DNA of 64,000 nt from Bugula neritina (Eukaryota > Animalia > Bryozoa), in NCBI GenBank assembly GCA_964035545.1, contig CAXIUT010000097.1, positions 496,001 to 560,000 on the forward strand, in the 5' to 3' direction. The position numbers were made by a program, and so were the translations under genes. How positions within the stretch are numbered: the stretch's first letter is position 1; each line of letters begins with the position of its first letter. A model generated the notes under the pieces. That model was given only the letters and a program-made list of their open reading frames with translations. It made no database searches and was not told the origin of the DNA. Shown one piece after another: positions 60,771 through 64,000 of the stretch.

Positions 60771-63700
60771 ACTGAAATACACTGTAACATATTGAAATAT
60801 ACTGCAACATACTGAAATACAGTGCTACATACTGAAATATACTGCAACATACTGCAACATAGTGAAATACACTGCAACATACTGCAAGATAGTGAAATAC
60901 ACTGTAACATACTGAAATACACCGCAAAATACTACAACATATTGAAATGCACTGTAACATATTGAAATACACTGCAACACATTGAAATATACTGCAACAT
61001 ACCTAATTATACGGTAATATACCAAAATATACTGTAACACATCGAAAAATACTGCAACATACTGAAATACACTGCAACACACCGAAAAACACTGAAAATA
61101 CTGTAACACACTGAAATATACTGCAAAATACTGAAATATACTGCAAAATACTGAAATACACTGCTACATACTGAAATATACTGCAACACACCGCAACATA
61201 CTGCAACATACTAAAGTATACTGCAACATACTGAAATACACTGCAAAATACTAAAATACACTATAACATACTGAAATATACTGCAACATACTGAAATACA
61301 CTGCTATATACTGAAATACACTGCAACACACTACAACATACTGCAACATGCTAAAAGCTGCAACTTACTGAAATACACTGCTACATACTGAAATATACTG
61401 CAACACACAGCAACATACTGCAACATACTAAAATACACTGTAACATATTGGAATACACTGCAACACATTGAAATATACTGCAAATACTGAAATACACTGC
61501 TACATACTGAAATATTTTGCAACACACTGCAACATACTGCAACATACTAAAGTATACTGCAACATACTGAAATACACTGCAGAATACTGAAATACACTGT
61601 AACATACTGAAATATAATGCAAAATACTGAAATACATCGCTACATACTGAAATATACTGCAACACACTGCGACATACTGCAACATACTAAAATACACTGT
61701 AACATATTGAAATACACTGCAACACATTGAAATATACTGCAATGTACCGAAATATATGGTAAACTACTGATATATACTGTCACACATTTAAAAATACTGC
61801 AACATACTGAAATATACTGCGACACATTGCAATATACTGTAACGTACTGAAATATGCTGTAGCACATTGAAATACACTGCAACTCACTGAAATATACTGC
61901 AACATACTGAAATACACTGTAACATATTGAAATATACTGCAACATACTGAAATACACTGTAACATACTGAAAAACACTGCAACATACTACAACATATTGA
62001 AATACACTGCAACACATTGAAATATACTGCAAAATACCTAAATATACGGTGATATACCAAAATAAACTGTAACACATTTAAAAATACTGCAACACACTGA
62101 AATACACTGCAACACTCTGAAATACACTGCAAAATACTGTAACACACTGAAATATACTGCAACACACTGCAACATACTGCAACATACTAGAATACACTGT
62201 AACATATTGAAATATACTGCAACATACTGAAATACACTGCTATATACTGAAATATACTGCAACACACTACAATATACTGCAACATGCTAAAATATACTGC
62301 AACATACTGAAATACCCTGCAACATACTGAAATACACTGTAACATACTGAAGTATACTGCAACATACTGAAATACACTGCTACATACTGAAATATACTGC
62401 AACACACTGCGACATACTGCAACATACTAAAATACACTGTAACATATTGAAATACACTGCAACACATTGAAATATACTGCAATGTACCGAAATATATGGT
62501 AAACTACTGAAATATACTGTCACACATTGAAAAACACTGCAAAATACTGAAATATACTGCGACACATTGCAATATACTGTAACATACTGAAATATGCTGT
62601 ATCACACTGAAATACACTGCAACTCACTGAAATATACTGCAACATACTGAAATACACTGTAACATATTGAAATATACTGCAACATACTGAAATACAGTGC
62701 TACATACTGAAATATACTGCAACATACTGCAACATAGTGAAATACACTGCAACATACTGCAAGATAGTGAAATACACTGTAACATACTGAAATACACCGC
62801 AAAATACTACAACATATTGAAATGCACTGTAACATATTGAAATACACTGCAACACATTGAAATATACTGCAACATACCTAATTATACGGTAATATACCAA
62901 AATATACTGTAACACATCGAAAAATACTGCAACATACTGAAATACACTGCAACACACCGAAAAACACTGAAAATACTATAACACACTGAAATATACTGCA
63001 AAATACTGAAATATACTGCAAAATACTGAAATACACTGCTACATACTGAAATATACTGCAACACACCGCAACATACTGCAACATACTAAAGTATACTGCA
63101 ACATACTGAAATACACTGCAAAATATTAAAATACACTGCAACACACTACAACATACTGCAACATGCTAAAAGCTGCCACTTACTGAAATACACTGCTACA
63201 TACTGAAATATACTGCAACACACAGCAACATACTGCAACATACTAAAATACACTGTAACATATTGGAATACACTGCAACACATTGAAATATACTGCAAAA
63301 TACTGAAAAACACTGCTACATACTGAAATATTTTGCAACACACTGCAACATACTGCAACATACTAAAGTATACTGCAACATACTGAAATACACTGCAGAA
63401 TACTGAAATACACTGTAACATACTGAAATATAATGCAAAATACTGAAATACATTGCTACATACTGAAATATACTGCAACACACTGCGACATACTGCAACA
63501 TACTAAAATACACTGTAACATATTGAAATACACTGCAACACATTGAAATATACTGCAATGTACCGAAATATATGGTAAACTACTGAAATATACTGTCACA
63601 CATTTAAAAATACTGCAACATACTGAAATATACTGCGACACATTGCAATATACTGTAACGTACTGAAATATGCTGTAGCACATTGAAATACACTGCAACT

Positions 63701-64000
63701 CACTGAAATATACTGCAACATATTGAAATACACTGTAACATATTGAAATATACTGCAACATACTGAAATACACTGTAACATACTGAAAAACACTGCAACA
63801 TACTACAACATATTGAAAAGCACTGCAACACATTGAAATATACTGCAACATACCTAAATATACGGTGATATACCAAAATAAACTGTAACACATTTAAAAA
63901 TACTGCAACATACTGAAATACACTGCAACACTCTGAAATACACTGCAAAATACTGTAACACACTGAAATATACTGCAACACACTGCAACATACTGCAACA
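60769..64000 (+). repeat. Copy of 53882-57113 at offset 6887, continuing to the window edge
   Basis: ORF offsets 53938/60825, 54444/61331, 55991/62878 and 56813/63700. Shared private acatcgctac, actgatatat, aatactataacac and gaaaagcactg. Confidence 0.93.

Larger units (their letters stand above)
1..64000 (+). repeat. Tandem satellite array of a 10-bp monomer / 20-bp dimer (ACTGAAATAY-ACTGCAACAY), about 6400 monomers, single orientation, running off both window edges
   Basis: Every 10-base column of the listing repeats the same motif (e.g. actgaaatat actgcaacat actgaaatac actgtaacat) from base 1 to 64000. I saw no unique interruption and no reverse-complement (cagtat/gttgca-type) blocks. Confidence 0.99.

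Noticed and set aside
20-63981. Hundreds of 60-200 aa minus-strand ORFs as protein-coding genes (Cys-rich or membrane-like)
   Set aside because: They overlap in all three frames with the same low-complexity peptide and have no unique domains. They follow arithmetically from a stop-free 20-bp repeat, and their ends are set by satellite variants.
1-64000. CRISPR array
   Set aside because: There are no unique spacers between repeats, no leader and no cas genes. All sequence derives from the monomer.
1-64000. Telomerase-synthesised telomeric tract (minus strand is T/G-rich)
   Set aside because: There are no G-runs, and variants are inherited in kilobase-scale higher-order blocks. That points to recombinational amplification rather than templated addition. 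A subtelomeric location cannot be excluded.
1-64000. Identity with known short satellites (Drosophila Prodsat AATAACATAG; Parascaris TTGCA pentamer)
   Set aside because: Only 5-6 bp are shared (AACATA; TTGCA on the minus strand). That is insufficient to assign a family or organism without a database search.
1-64000. TATA-like or other promoter motifs (aaatatact, tataat at about 305 and 24007)
   Set aside because: They are by-products of the AT-rich monomer repeated thousands of times, with no associated gene.

Overview
The whole 64 kb window is one uninterrupted, head-to-tail tandem satellite array. I see no genes, RNA genes, transposon remnants, CRISPR spacers, inversions or unique sequence. 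The base unit is a 10-bp monomer in two alternating flavours, A = ACTGAAATAY and B = ACTGCAACAY, forming a 20-bp dimer (consensus ACTGAAATAYACTGCAACAT, about 32% GC, + strand about 45% A and 10% G by consensus). Above that sits a nested hierarchy: (1) 120/140-bp subunits that group into about 380-bp blocks; (2) modules anchored by a 17-bp dyad 'box' (TACC-N9-GGTR) that comes in three related versions; (3) irregular 2-5 kb higher-order repeats; (4) large recent duplications with offsets of 2165, 3015, 6887, 9875, 11967, 12682 and 16751 bp. Private variants split the array into a left domain (about 1-23 kb) and a right domain (about 23-64 kb), with an older, more diverged island at about 59-60.8 kb. 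All ORFs in the track are minus-strand by-products of a stop-free repeat consensus and are not called as genes. The likely context is eukaryotic heterochromatic or (peri)centromeric satellite; this is inference, and I cannot name the organism or a known satellite family. The best candidate for something undescribed is the ordered, fixed-spacing dyad-box architecture, whose function is untested. Offsets come from the ORF track plus by-eye matching of rare variants, not from a computed alignment.
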